Part shown: positions 49,419 through 61,170 of the stretch, piece after piece | How positions within the stretch are numbered: the stretch's first letter is position 1 | Layout of the letters: each line of letters starts with the position of its first letter | NCBI GenBank assembly: GCA_030324005.1 | Contig: JARDVH010000140.1 | Coordinates: forward strand, 34,646,232-34,710,231 | Direction of reading: 5' to 3' | Origin: Negaprion brevirostris | Taxonomy: Eukaryota | Length of the DNA: 64,000 nt | The notes under the pieces: model-generated | Database searches by the model: none | Seen by the model: the letters and a program-made list of their open reading frames with translations, nothing else | Told to the model about the DNA's origin: nothing | Position numbers and translations under genes: made by a program

Positions 49419-50342
49419 TCTGAAATGGGGAGATGGTCCATTCTGTCACACTGATCCATACATAACTTACATTAAAAAAGCAATAAATACATTTACACAG
49501 CTGCACTGAATCGCTCAGCTATGGCATACTGTAATAATACTGCCACTGGCACGTCTGACATTGATTACTGTCATAAACTTGTAATATACGAGTCCTGCTA
49601 AATGAAAGAGAGAACAGTAGTTATTTAACTTTTCACAACCCCCATACTCCTTTACACAGCCCCGGATACCTTCTAGGGTTCAGTGGTATTGGGTACTCCC
49701 ATCGGAGGATTCCATGCCTCTGAAATTGATCCCCAATGGCCAATATCTATTTCGGCTGCCTTGTGATCTCAGTGCTGGACCTTGTGTCTGCACATAGACC
49801 TCTTCAGTGTGGATTGAGGAACCACATGGTGAAACGAATCCAGAAACAGTTACGCTGTTTCCTTTCACAACAAGTGAGCACTGCAGGAATGATTGGAATC
49901 ACTTGGTTAATCAGCCTAACGAGTCTTGTTGTTGTCATGCAAAAATAATAAGCAGCAGTCGATCATTTTGTTCAGCTGAAACAAAACATTTCCTAGCTGG
50001 GGTTTTCTCCACTGAGTTTTGTTCAGGTTTACAAAGAGAAACACAGTCTGTGTCACATGGTCTGTGAGGCCCATTGTAACTTCCAGAAATGCAGGGGATT
50101 GGATCAGGTGAGAAATGGAAATTTAGAAAGATTCAAATCCATACAGAGCACCGCCCACATCCAGGTATAATGGAGGCAGGTCAGGAACCAGCAACCAATC
50201 CACTCTCAGGAGGTGGGTCAGTTGGCAAAGCTTTTGAGAAGGCAGAATGTTTCAACTTTAACAACAATTTATTTGGAAGTCATATTGACCAGACTTCACT
50301 TTCAAAGAAGGAGTAAGTTTATCAATTACTAAACCAAAGAAA

Positions 50343-50870
50343 AATAGAGAGAGACCATTTCTGTCTCTGGCTGTTCCAGTCTGTGTGTCCGTTTCTGTCT
50401 GCGTGTCTGTTTCTGTCTCTGTCTGTTTCTGTCTGCGTGTCTGTGTCTGTGTCTGTTTCTGTCTGCATATCTGATTATGTCTCTGTTTTGTTTCCGTCTG
50501 TGTGTTTGTTCCTGTCTGCGTATCTGTTTCTGTCACTGTCTGTTTCTGTCTGTGTGTCTGTTCCTGTCTGCATATCTGTTTCTGTCTCTGTTTCTATCTG
50601 TGTGTCTGTTCCTGTTTGTGTATCTGTTTCTGTCTGTTCCAGTCTGCCTGTCTGTTGCAGTCGGCCTGTCTGTTCCTGTCTGCGAGTCTGTTCCCGTCTG
50701 CATGTCTGTTCTTGCCATGTGTCTGTTCCTGTCTGTGTGCCTTTGTTTCTGTCTGTGTCTGTTTCTCTCTGTTGTCTGTTCCTGTCTGCATATCTGTTCC
50801 TGTCTGCGTGCCCGTTCCTGTCTCTGTCTGTTTCTGTCTCTGAATTTGTTTCTGCCTGTCCATTATTTCT
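50343..50870. repeat. Degenerate TCTG/TGTC simple repeat
   Basis: Long run of TCTGTC/TGTTCC/TGTTTC variants; explains several spurious low-complexity ORFs. Confidence 0.9.
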
Positions 50871-51589
50871 GCCTGATTGTGGTGGCCACAAGAAGGATAG
50901 ATAAAGGGGAACAAATAGATGTAATATACTTGGATTTCCAAAAAGCATTTGATAAGGTGCCGCTCAAAGGGCTACTTAATAAGGTAAGAGCCATGGTATT
51001 GGGGTGGTATATTAGCATGGATAGAGCATTGAAGACAGAGTTGAGATAAGAGGGTTTTTTCAGCATGACAACCTGTAATTAAGTAGAGTGCCACAGGAAT
51101 AAGTCCTGGGGCCACAATTATTTACAATATGTATTAGTGATTTGGACGAGAGAAGTGAATGTACCATTGCCAAGTTTGCGGATGATACAAAAATAGGTGG
51201 GAAGGCAAGTGGTGAGGATGACACAAAGCATTGACAAAGGGCTACTGACAGGTTAGGTGAGTGGGCAAAAACTTGGCAGATGGAATATAGTGCAGGGAAA
51301 TGTGAAATTATGTATGTTGATAGGAAGAATAAAGGAGCTGAATATTTAAATGAAGAAAACCACAGAAAGCTGCAGCACAGAGGGATTTGGGGGTTCTCGT
51401 GCATAAATCACAAAAAGCTGGCATGCAAAGATCAGATATGCTGGCACTGGAGGCTGTCCAGAGCAGGTTCATTCAGTTAATCCAAGATACTGGGGGGACT
51501 TTCTTATGAGGAGAGGTTGAGTAAGTTGGGCCTGTAATCGTTGGAATTTAGAAGAACGAGAGGCAACCTCATTGAGATATAGTGGATTC
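50870..51589 (+). mobile_element. CR1 LINE RT fragment
   Basis: TRRIDKGEQIDVIYLDFQKAFDKVP..LLNKVRA..; VLGPQLFTI.ISDLDE..IAKFADDTKIGG. Confidence 0.9.
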
Positions 51590-52599
51590 NNNNNNNNNNN
51601 NNNNNNNNNNNNNNNNNNNNNNNNNNNNNNNNNNNNNNNNNNNNNNNNNNNNNNNNNNNNNNNNNNNNNNNNNNNNNNNNNNNNNNNNNNNNNNNNNNNN
51701 NNNNNNNNNNNNNNNNNNNNNNNNNNNNNNNNNNNNNNNNNNNNNNNNNNNNNNNNNNNNNNNNNNNNNNNNNNNNNNNNNNNNNNNNNNNNNNNNNNNN
51801 NNNNNNNNNNNNNNNNNNNNNNNNNNNNNNNNNNNNNNNNNNNNNNNNNNNNNNNNNNNNNNNNNNNNNNNNNNNNNNNNNNNNNNNNNNNNNNNNNNNN
51901 NNNNNNNNNNNNNNNNNNNNNNNNNNNNNNNNNNNNNNNNNNNNNNNNNNNNNNNNNNNNNNNNNNNNNNNNNNNNNNNNNNNNNNNNNNNNNNNNNNNN
52001 NNNNNNNNNNNNNNNNNNNNNNNNNNNNNNNNNNNNNNNNNNNNNNNNNNNNNNNNNNNNNNNNNNNNNNNNNNNNNNNNNNNNNNNNNNNNNNNNNNNN
52101 NNNNNNNNNNNNNCTCTCCGTGTGTCTGTTCCCCTCTGTCTCTCCGTGTGTTTGTATTTCTGTCTGTCTATCTGTGGGTCTTCTCTGTCAGTGTATCTGT
52201 TTCTAGCTGTGTATCTGTCTAATCAAAACTTCACTCTGTGTAAAAGTGAGAAGTCAGACTTTGCAAACATAATGGTGAATGTGGGTCTTGTTAGTGCAGG
52301 ACCCAGTCTAGCTGTACACTGTCAGTGTGTATCATCATAGAGTAAGCAGAATTTCTCACTTTGATGTGCTAATGGAAATAATTGTCTTGTTAACGCATTG
52401 CACTTTAGCATGTTGAGAGAGGCTAACCGCTGATTAAAGATAACATCAATCACCCCTCCCCTGATGGTGCTTCTCAATGAGATCTCGAGATATAGAGGCC
52501 AGCATATTATTTCAAGGAAGGAGCCTGGTTTCCTGCAAAGCCTCTCCACCATCGTTCAGCTGGGTGGGACTGCACTCAGTGGATTTCACTCTCGGGTTA

Positions 52600-53375
52600 T
52601 AGTCGCAGAGTCTCCGGCAGTGATTTCTCTTCCTATTCCCACCACATTATCTCTCTTTGGCGTCTTCCTGTTTCTCATCTAAGAGGCAACATTGTCCAAA
52701 AGCAGCGTATGTTTGGTGACACACATATTCTGTCAATACTCAGCTTTACCTCACCTCCACCTCTCACTCTCTTTTGCAACTCCCCCACTGTCTGTAATTT
52801 GTTAAGCTGCTTGTCTGCCATCAGGTATTGCATGAAGAGAAATTCTGCCTCAGTAAATATTGGGCAGTCCAAAGCCATTGTCTTGTCTGCCACTGACACT
52901 GTCACAAGCCACCGGCTGCCTATTTCCAGCTCTCTAACAGTGCTTCACCCCCATTCAAAGTCTTTGCTACCTGTAGCTTTGACTATTCCAACACTGTTTC
53001 GATCCCAGCCCCTCATCACTCAACCAAGCGAGAGAAAACAAAATCTCCAACACTCTGCTGCCTGCGCCCCTTCCACCTCCCTCCACCCTCCAAAGAGGTT
53101 TCCCCACGAGGGGGCTGGCAAGCTACTGAAACCTCTGTACACATTGGCAGGACTGGAAGATCTGCCTGGCATGAAAGGTTGGAAAATTCCAGCCTTCAGC
53201 TTTCTTCTCTCTCTCTCCTCATTTAAGCCTGGTATTAAAACCTACATCTTTGCCCCAGCTTTTGGTCCAAGTATCTCCTCAAGTGATTCTTTGTCAAATT
53301 CTCTTTGATAAAGCACTTGTGAAGCACTTTGGGATGTTCACTATGTTAAAAGGTGCTATAGCTACAAGGTGTTGC
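52600..53375 (+). mobile_element. Decayed L2-type LINE 3' fragment
   Basis: ..LLSCLSAIRYCMKRNSASVNIGQSKAIV.. resembles the L2 RT C-terminus; tail TGTGAAGCACTTTGGGATGTT..TATGTTAAAAGGTGCTATA. Confidence 0.6.
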
Positions 53376-53860
53376 TATTGTTGAGTTTAGCTCCAGTTCT
53401 CAGTTGGGTTATTAGTTCATTCTGAGCTGACACATGTTCATTATTCCTTCAAATTAAGAATGACTTATGGATGGGGTTTTGGAAGCTGCTGCCATCTCCT
53501 GAGGTAACACACACTGAGGCATGGTGGAGGCCCAGAATCCCAGGAAGCAGTAAGAAGGAAAAGTTTGGGTACTTCATGACATGGTCTAACTGACAGCAAT
53601 TCTATTGGAGCAGAGATGNNNNNNNNNNNNNNNNNNNNNNNNNNNNNNNNNNNNNNNNNNNNNNNNNNNNNNNNNNNNNNNNNNNNNNNNNNNNNNNNNN
53701 NNNNNNNNNNNNNNNNNNTATTTGAGCAGAGATGTTAGATAGCTTTTATAAATAAAATCAATAATGCAACCATGTGGAGAGGCCTTACACCCCAAACAAT
53801 GACTTTCTCCCGGCAGTACACCATAACACTGATCTATCCATCTAAAATAGAGAATCAAAT

Positions 53861-54217
53861 AATCCCTACAGAGCAGAAAGAGGCCATTTGGCCCATCAAG
53901 CCTGCACCAATAACAATACTGGGTTCAACTCCGGCCTCAGGTCACTGTCTGTGTGGAATTTGTACATTCTGCATGGGTTTTGTCCAGGTGCTCCAGTTTC
54001 CTCCCACAAAGATGTCTGGGTTAGATTGATTGGCCATACTAAATTGATGCTAATATCAGGGGGATTAGTAGGCTGAATATCAGGGTTTATGGGACTAGGA
54101 CGTGGATGGGATTGTGGTTGTTGCAGAATCGATGGGCCGAATGGCCTCCTTCTGCACTGTAGGGATTCTATAATAAAAAAACGGGCCAATCGACCTAACC
54201 TGCACATCTTTGGACTG
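53861..54217. mobile_element. Plus-strand HE1-like SINE nested in a minus-strand HE1-like SINE
   Basis: Inverted tail ATCCCTACAGAGCAGAAAGAGGCCATTTGGCCCATC, then a forward copy ending GATGGGCCGAATGGCCTCCTTCTGCACTGTAGGGATTCTA, then CCTAACCTGCACATCTTTGGACTG. Confidence 0.7.
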
Positions 54218-55964
54218 ATGCTGATGACTTTTAAGAGGGTGTGACTAACTGTCCATGTATTGGGATACTCCAACATCTTAAAGGAACAGTTTCCATGAGA
54301 CAGGAAGTAATCAGATTGGTCTTTACACATAATTTTAGACCGTACAAACAGATCTTCATAATGATGGGATTGAATCTAGTGTAAATAGTCCCTTCAATGA
54401 GATTGGATAACAGGATGAATAAATCTCAAAAAATGCGATCTCGCATAATGTGAATAGATTTTTACAACAGAATAACCTTCAGCATGAACACATCTCACAC
54501 AGCAAGAGCAAATCACACGAATGGGATCATTTATGGTGCAAACAAATAATACGATTGCATACAATATGTGAACAGAGCTTCCAGCTGGCTGCTCACCTGA
54601 CATGATAATTCTCTGTAATCCAATTACCTATATATCTGCACAGGTCAGATTTCTGTAAGCTCATTATGACACTGGGATCCTGAGATTACAGCTGTTCGAC
54701 AGGTTCGCAAGTTCATAGCCGAACCTCTCAACCCTGGATCAGATCTCGTAGCTATACCCCTCAAACAGATAAAGAAATAATCCACCAGGAGTCCAGTTCC
54801 TCATCACCTTCCCTGATAGACTTCCTGTGTGTGGACACGATTAGGTAGCTTCAGATATTGAACCAGCGTTTACCTGGATGAAGGCCTGGGTGATTGGATG
54901 ATGTTTTGAAGGGCTGTTTACTGGTAGATGAAAGGAAGTAAAGGACATTTTGCTGTCATTTGTTCCTCTGAGCCTCCTGAAGGCCTGGACTGTTTATGAT
55001 GAAGGAATTTCCCTCGGTGCTTTCAACTTGCTGAGCACCCTGTCCCTAATGAAAGCCATGCGGGGCAGCATGTGGGAAGCATTATGTACAACTGTAAGTG
55101 CGGAACATTCTCACCAGAATCCAGCTTCTAATAAATCTTTGTTCAGGTTCCCCCTGTAGCACCCCTCTCCCCTCACACACTCTCTTGAAGTTAATGTCAG
55201 TGTAGGCATAGTCTGCCTGATTGATTATCTCATGCCACTTCACTCTGTTCGACTCCTGTAATCATTTCAACACACCGCAGATTTCGGAAAAATCAAAATG
55301 AGAGGTTTTCTTTCCCCAGACACTGAGAACAGGTGCTGGTGGCCCGTAAATCCCGCTTTCAGTCTGTCGATGTTGCAGCCTCGACAAAGGTCATCTTTAC
55401 ACACCAGGAGTTAAGGGTTAAAAGGACAGCAGGTTATAGAGCCACACCTACCCCTTTCTGCACGACCATATGGCCACATACAGCCCACAGATCAATATGC
55501 ATCGGAGACCTGCCTTACTCCTTCATTACCGGGATCAGATTGTGTCTTTATAAAATACTCGTGGTTTTGGGAGCACTGCACTAATGCAACTCCTGCCCTT
55601 GGCCTAACCATGCGGAGACCAATGTTCCCTCGAAGCTGTCAGCCTTGCAGCAGTAAAATTACAGGCCGCTCACAACCCATGTTCGCTTTAAGATGGTCCA
55701 GGTGTGTGGCCACAGACTTAAAGGGTCTGCTCAATGTAACAAACAGGTCAGGTTTAGCAANNNNNNNNNNNNNNNNNNNNNNNNNNNNNNNNNNNNNNNN
55801 NNNNNNNNNNNNNNNNNNNNNNNNNNNNNNNNNATTTTAGTCAAGACAGATGAAGACAACAAAGAATTGAACATGATCAAAATGACTCTTCCAGCTGGCT
55901 ATTTTTGTCCAACTCTATCTGAACCCAGGTCCTTTGGCAAAAAATCAAAAGTTAGTTTTAAGGA

Positions 55965-57340
55965 TGATTTGCTTCCACTCCAGTTTGATGGGTTCGGAGA
56001 TGCTGCAATGTTCAATATGTGATCTGCAGACTCTGTCTCATGTGGGGCAGTTGGTACTCGAATGTGTGATGATAATATTTGCTATAGATGTAAATATATA
56101 TATATTTATGTTTAAGGAGACTGTTTTAAAGTTTTTTCTACAGGAACTCAGTATGTTAGGAGCATATACAGCTCAGATAGCAGGAGAGGAGGATAATTAC
56201 TCATTATAGCAATGCGGTGTTTACTTAGGAGAGAGCTAATGGACTTTTTTACAGATGCAGATTTTCCCTCGGGTTTTTGATTAGGTTGTTTGACAGGATC
56301 ATGTGATAATATGGTTAATGAGAGGAGCTAAGTATGTAACAGCTTTCAGTTCTGGCTGGGGCTTGTTTAAAGACTGAGGTTGCAAGCTGCTCTCTCCACA
56401 AAGTCCTCTCTGAATGCTTCAAGATTGTGTACACTCCTAACAGGAAGTACATTTATGGTTGCTAACTGTACTTAAAGTGGAATTTTGAGTCTGTAAGAGA
56501 ATGTTGCTTATTTGGAACTGAAATAGTGATAGTTAAAAATTGGAGTTTTCTTTCATTTTTAAAATATTTTTCAATTGTTAATGGTTAAGCTGTTTCCTTT
56601 GTTAGAATTATATTTAATAATAAAGCTCGTTGTACCATAAAAGATTAATTGAAATTACTCCTGGAGTGAAGCATCCTTTCCTTACAATAATGCCAAAATA
56701 GAAAAATTGGTGAGGTCAAGTCAGGCTTCACAATATACCATGGAGTCCTGGTCCAGGATTCGAGCAGATGTGTGGGTAGATGAGCTATTGGGAGGTTTGT
56801 GCACTCACTCAACTTTACCTTTGCATGTTCATAATGAAGTCTCTTGATGTATTCACTACGTTTGCAAATAAACTGTAGGTCATAAGCCAGGGTCCCCCAT
56901 TCATCTGCGAGGATGTTTGAACTCTTCAGAGGTGCTTTGAGGAAATTCCTAAAGTGTTTCCAATGTCTACCTGGGAGTCTCCTGCTACCACTGTGTTCCA
57001 AGTAGAGGAGTTGCTTTGTGAATTAGGTGTCTGTCACACTAACATCATGGTCACACCGAGTGGTGCTGGTTTTGAATGATCAGCTGCTGGGACAGGACAT
57101 GTCTCTCTTGCTGCCAGGTTAGGAAGGCATTGTGACCATTATGTTGGTTGTACCTCTCCAGTGCCTTGAGGTGCCTGCTGTAGATTCCCCAAGTCTCTGA
57201 AGCATATATAGCAGCACAGGGGTCACTGCTGCATAGTAAACTATGACTTTAGTTTTGGGTTTGAGATATTAGTCCTGAAATTCTTCGACTCAGTTAGTCA
57301 ACACCTGAGTTGCTACTTTGGAGGCGATGATGAACTTTGA
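55965..57340 (-). mobile_element. RTE-type LINE 3' fragment, interrupted by a solo LTR
   Basis: Minus ORF ..KQLLYLEHSGSRRLPGRHWKHFRNFLKAPLKSSNILADEWGTLAYD.. matches the RTE C-terminal pattern (KQLLYSEL..G.R..GGQ.KRFKD.LKA.LK..I...WE.LA.DR). Confidence 0.7.
56065..56766 (+). mobile_element. Probable solo LTR (Gypsy-like)
   Basis: Begins TGT, ends CA, internal AATAAA; flanked by near-identical 4-mers AATG/GATG; flanks rejoin as RTE sequence. Confidence 0.55.
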
Positions 57341-57349
57341 TTTTTTTTC

Positions 57350-57590
57350 TCCTTATTCCTTTATGGGATGCAGGCATCATAGGCAAGGACAGCCTTTCTT
57401 GCCCCATCCCTATTTTCCCATGAACTGAATGGCGTACCAGGGCATTTCAGAGGACAGCTAATAGTCAACCATACTGTTGTGGGTCTGGAATCAGATGTAG
57501 GCCAGACCAGATAAGGATGGCAGATTTCCTTCCCTAAAGGCCTTAAGAGTACTAGATGGGTTTTTACTAGAATCATTTCATGATCACTAT
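57350..57590 (-). mobile_element. SINE consisting of the 8313-LINE 5' region joined directly to that LINE's 3' tail
   Basis: Reverse strand: CCTTTAGGGAAGGAAATCTGCCATCCTTATCTGGTCTGGCCTACA...GCCATTCAGTT then CATGGGAAAATAGGGATGGGGCAA...GATGCCTGCATCCCAT. Confidence 0.75.
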
Positions 57591-57940
57591 TACTGATACT
57601 AGCACTATATTCCATATTTTTATTAAGTGCTGTGGTNNNNNNNNNNNNNNNNNNNNNNNNNNNNNNNNNNNNNNNNNNNNNNNNNNNNNNNNNNNNNNNN
57701 NNNNNNNNNNNNNNNNNNNNNNNNNNNNNNNNNNNNNNNNNNNNNNNNNNNNNNNNNNNNNNNNNNNNNNNNNNNNNNNNNNNNNNNNNNNNNNNNNNNN
57801 NNNNNNNNNNNNNNNNNNNNNNNNNNNNNNNNNNNNNNNNNNNNNNNNNNNNNNNNNNNNNNNNNNNNNNNNNNNNNNNNNNNNNNNNNNNNNNNNNNNN
57901 NNNNNNNNNNNNNNNNNNNNNNNNNNNNNNNNNNNNNNNN

Positions 57941-59080
57941 GGAGGGGCACCATGTACAAGTCTCTGGACAAGGGAGGGAAAAGTGTATCCAAAGTTGCCC
58001 TCATTCTGATGGCCACCTTTGTGTGCGGCTGCATCAAGCTGTACGTAGATCCTCAGTATGCAAACACTGAGTGTCACCACGTACTGAGATTCTACCTGTC
58101 CCCTGTATTGTGTCACCACGTACTGAGGTTCTACCTGTCCCTTGTGTTGTATCACCACGTACTGAGGTTCTACCTGTCCCCTGTGTTGTGAAGGTCAGGT
58201 CTGGCTGCACTGCTGTGGAATGTTCCAAGTTGTTGCGATGGGTTGCACCACCTGACCCTTGTGGAACCATTTGTTCAGAAAAACTCCTTTGACCACAAGG
58301 TGATCAAGCAGTATGTAATGTCCTCGAGGCCCTCAGAGTAAAGGAGATGGTGGATCCTATCGTATGTTCCCTGAGCAAACTGTAACAGTCATTTGGCAGA
58401 ATGCCTAATCACCAGAACTTTCAAACAAGCACTAAGACCCAGCTTGTCTGGTGGTGAGAAAGACCCTCACCGTCAAATCCTTCCGACAAGCCTGGAGTCT
58501 CTGCACTGCTGCACTCAACCCTTAAAGTGGCTGTGGGGGTGGGGGAGTTGGCGGGGGAAGAATTGGCCGCGCACCTCCTGAGGGAATGTGCCTTTGCAAA
58601 GAAGATCTGGAGAGAGATGCTGTGGTTTTTGTCAAGGTTCATCCCAGGCAGTTCTGTGACGTAAGACTCTGTGCTCTATGGGCTGTTCCCAGCGATACAC
58701 ATCAAGATAAACATCAACTGCTGCTGGAGGGCCATCAACTCAGTGGTCTTGTTGATTTTCCAATGCAAAGAACTGTCCTTGACTGAGTGCTGCAGACTGC
58801 ATGCTGAGGGACGCACTCAAGCTTGGGGCAACTGTTGCCAAGATGCAAGGCCTTTCAGCCAATGTAGACCACAGAGGTAGTAAGTGGACTGTGTGTTTAA
58901 TTTTGTGTGTAACTTTACTGAAGCACCTCAGAGACCAACATGACTTATATATATACAGTTTAGAAAGAGTTTTACACTCTGTAATGGAAAAAGTTGAAAT
59001 ATATGTAATGTCCTCATTAGTGAACTGAAGCACCTCAGAGTGAATCTTGATCTCTGGAGAAAAGGTGAATATCATTATAC
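57941..59080 (+). mobile_element. Tx1/L1-type LINE 3' portion (post-RT, Zn-knuckle region, 3' UTR)
   Basis: ..MYKSLDKGGKSVSKVALILMATFVCGCIKL..VLRFYLSP..; ..HLLRECAFAKKIWREM.WFLSRFIP..; 3' UTR with repeated ACTGAAGCACCTCAGAG. Confidence 0.7.
58072..58188 (+). repeat. 39-bp tandem repeat, 3 copies
   Basis: T(G/A)TCACCACGTACTGAG(A/G)TTCTACCTGTCCC(C/T)TGT(A/G)TTG at 58072, 58111, 58150. Confidence 0.95.
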
Positions 59081-59219
59081 TTTCTCTTGCGGGGACCATG
59101 AATTGGATTCAATTTGAAACTGATTTTTGGGACAAACAAAGAATGGAATCGAGTTTGCCCAGTCCATTCTGGACATTGGCTTTGTAACTTTAAGGATAGA
59201 GTAAAATTTTAAATTTCTT

Positions 59220-59497
59220 TTATGAAAACTTAAGGTAAGGAGTGGGAAATTTAGAGGGGAGTGGAGGGAAAACCTCTTCATCCAAAGGGTGGTGGGAATC
59301 TGGGACTCACTACCTGAAAGGATTGCAGAGGCAGGAACCATCACAACATTTAACCATTTAGATGAGCACTTGAAACACCACAGCACAGATAGCTGCAGAC
59401 CAAGTGCTGGAAAATGGGATTAGCCTACATAGTTACTTGATGGCTGGAAGAGACATGATGGGCCAAAGAGCCTCTTTCTGTGCTGTGTGACTCTATT
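59220..59497 (+). mobile_element. CR1 LINE 3' end
   Basis: GGAAAACCTCTTCATCCAAAGGGTGGTGGGAATCTGGGACTCACTACCTGAAAGG...GATGGGCCAAAGAGCCTCTTTCTGTGCTGT. Confidence 0.8.
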
Positions 59498-59588
59498 GCC
59501 AGAATTTTACTACCTCGCCCGCCCAAGGTTATTCTCTGAGCTGCGGCAGCCCCAAATCCGGGGTGGGCGTGGTGGTAAAATTCCAGCC
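59498..59588. mobile_element. Small MITE with ~26-bp imperfect terminal inverted repeats (Harbinger-like?)
   Basis: GCCAGAATTTTACTACCTCGCCCGCC ... GGTGGGCGTGGTGGTAAAATTCCAGCC. Confidence 0.6.
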
Positions 59589-60189
59589 TAATATTCTAAG
59601 ACTCTGTGAGTAAAGTGATGGGTGCCCCCTTTTCTGGGAAAGCCTTCCAGAAGAGAATGAGCTTCTCAATAAAAAGTAAGCTTGTCTGGCATCTCAGCAA
59701 CTCTCTCTTTGAGATAAATGAGTGTCTCATGACCTGGATCACCTTAACGAAGAATCACAGTCAACAGCACATACTCTCCTTCATTTGAGGCAGCAGGCGA
59801 GGCCAAGGAAGAATTTCCACACTGACCTGAGAAAGCCATAGCCGGACTCCCATCAGACAACAAACTGAACCTCCGCAGAGATTTCAGTAGCAGAGTTAGG
59901 GAGGACCTTACCTTGTGGAAAGGTGTGATTGGCAGGTGGAGGAGGGAAAGCAATCTCCAATAGAGTCCTGCTCATGATGAAGTGTCTAGATTTTGTTACA
60001 ACCAACACCCTGGTCAGTCAGCAAGGCAATCACAACATCTCATGGCAACCCACATGGTCCAATTTACAAACCTTGAACATCCAATAATGTGGACTCAGTG
60101 ATTGTTACTTGTTCAACTATCTTGATGAATTTGCTGTTCCTGTTTCTATCAAACATCAGATTGCCTGAACCATTTGCAATAGGCTTCAG

Positions 60190-60620
60190 ACTTGACTTTC
60201 AGTTATGACCTCAGTGCTTGCCTTCTTGTCTTGAGTCAGAAGGTGTTTATTCAAGACTCACTCCAGGGAGTTGGGCACAAATTCTGCATTGATACACTTG
60301 TGCAGTACAGTTGGAGTGCCACACTGTTGCAGATACCACCTTTTGGATGTAACACTAAACCAAGGCCCCTCCATGAACATAGATGTTCCCATGTTATGAT
60401 TTAACAAAGGGCAGGGGAGATCTCCCCAGTGTCCTGGTCAATATTCCTCAATCAACATCAGCCCGGAGATTATCAGGCCATTATGTCATTATTGATTGTA
60501 GGAGATTGCAGTGCATGAATTGGCTGCTGGATTTCCTTTGTTACAATAGTAACTATACTTGGCTGCAAAATGCACTATCAGGTTGTGACAGGTTCTATAT
60601 AAATGCAAGTTGTTCTTTTA
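60190..60620 (+). mobile_element. SacSINE1/DeuSINE-like SINE
   Basis: GAGTCAGAAGGTG..TTCAAGACTCACTCCAGGG head; GTGTCCTGGTCAATATT..CTCAATCAACATCA; tail TATATAAATGCAAGTT. Confidence 0.7.
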
Positions 60621-60849
60621 ATTAGCTGAAAGGAAGATGTTCTGAGATGGATTTTCAGACAATGAAAATGTAGAGAAAAAAATCTTACTTTCCAAAGTAA
60701 GAAAGAAAAGAACCAGCGAATATTTTTAAAGAACATTTTCAATGAAAATGAATGAACATGGATTATATTTGATTAAATAAGAGAGATAAAATTGAAGTTA
60801 AAGAAATGAATCAGTTAGAGGTAATGGGGAGATGGGAAACCATGATGGA

Positions 60850-61170
60850 TTCACTGAATCACAGAATTGTTAAGTCACAAAGGAGGCCATTTGGCCCACC
60901 ATGTCTGTGCTGGTTCTCCAAATGAGCATCATGATTTAGTGCCATTCCCCTGCCTTTTCCCTGTACCCCTGCACATTGCTTCTACACAAATAATCATCTA
61001 AAGCTTTCTTGAATGCCTCAGTTGAACCTGGCTCCACCAATCTTCCAGGCAGTGCATTCCACTCGCTGTGTGAATAAGTAATTTCTCACATCATATTTGC
61101 TTTTTTTTGCAAATCAGTTTAAATCTGTGCCCTCTCGTTCTTGTTCCTTTTATAGGCGGGAACAGTTTCT
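60850..61170 (-). mobile_element. CR1 LINE 3' end
   Basis: AGGAGGCCATTTGGCCCACCATGTCTG inverted terminus; CCAGGCAGTGCATTCCACTCGCTGTGTGAA. Confidence 0.75.

Noticed and set aside
50383-51049. Several long overlapping Ser/Val/Cys- or Thr/Gln/Arg-rich ORFs
   Set aside because: Produced by the TCTG-type simple repeat running into a CR1 fragment.
51572-52340. Long ORFs here and at 28992-29600, 35805-36470 and 57361-58191
   Set aside because: Artefacts of N gaps lacking stop codons.
55618-55730. ACCAATGTTCCCTCGAAGCTG as a possible hAT MITE end
   Set aside because: The matching right terminus is too degraded to support the call.
58072-58188. CRISPR-like array
   Set aside because: Units are contiguous with no unique spacers, and the context is a vertebrate LINE.
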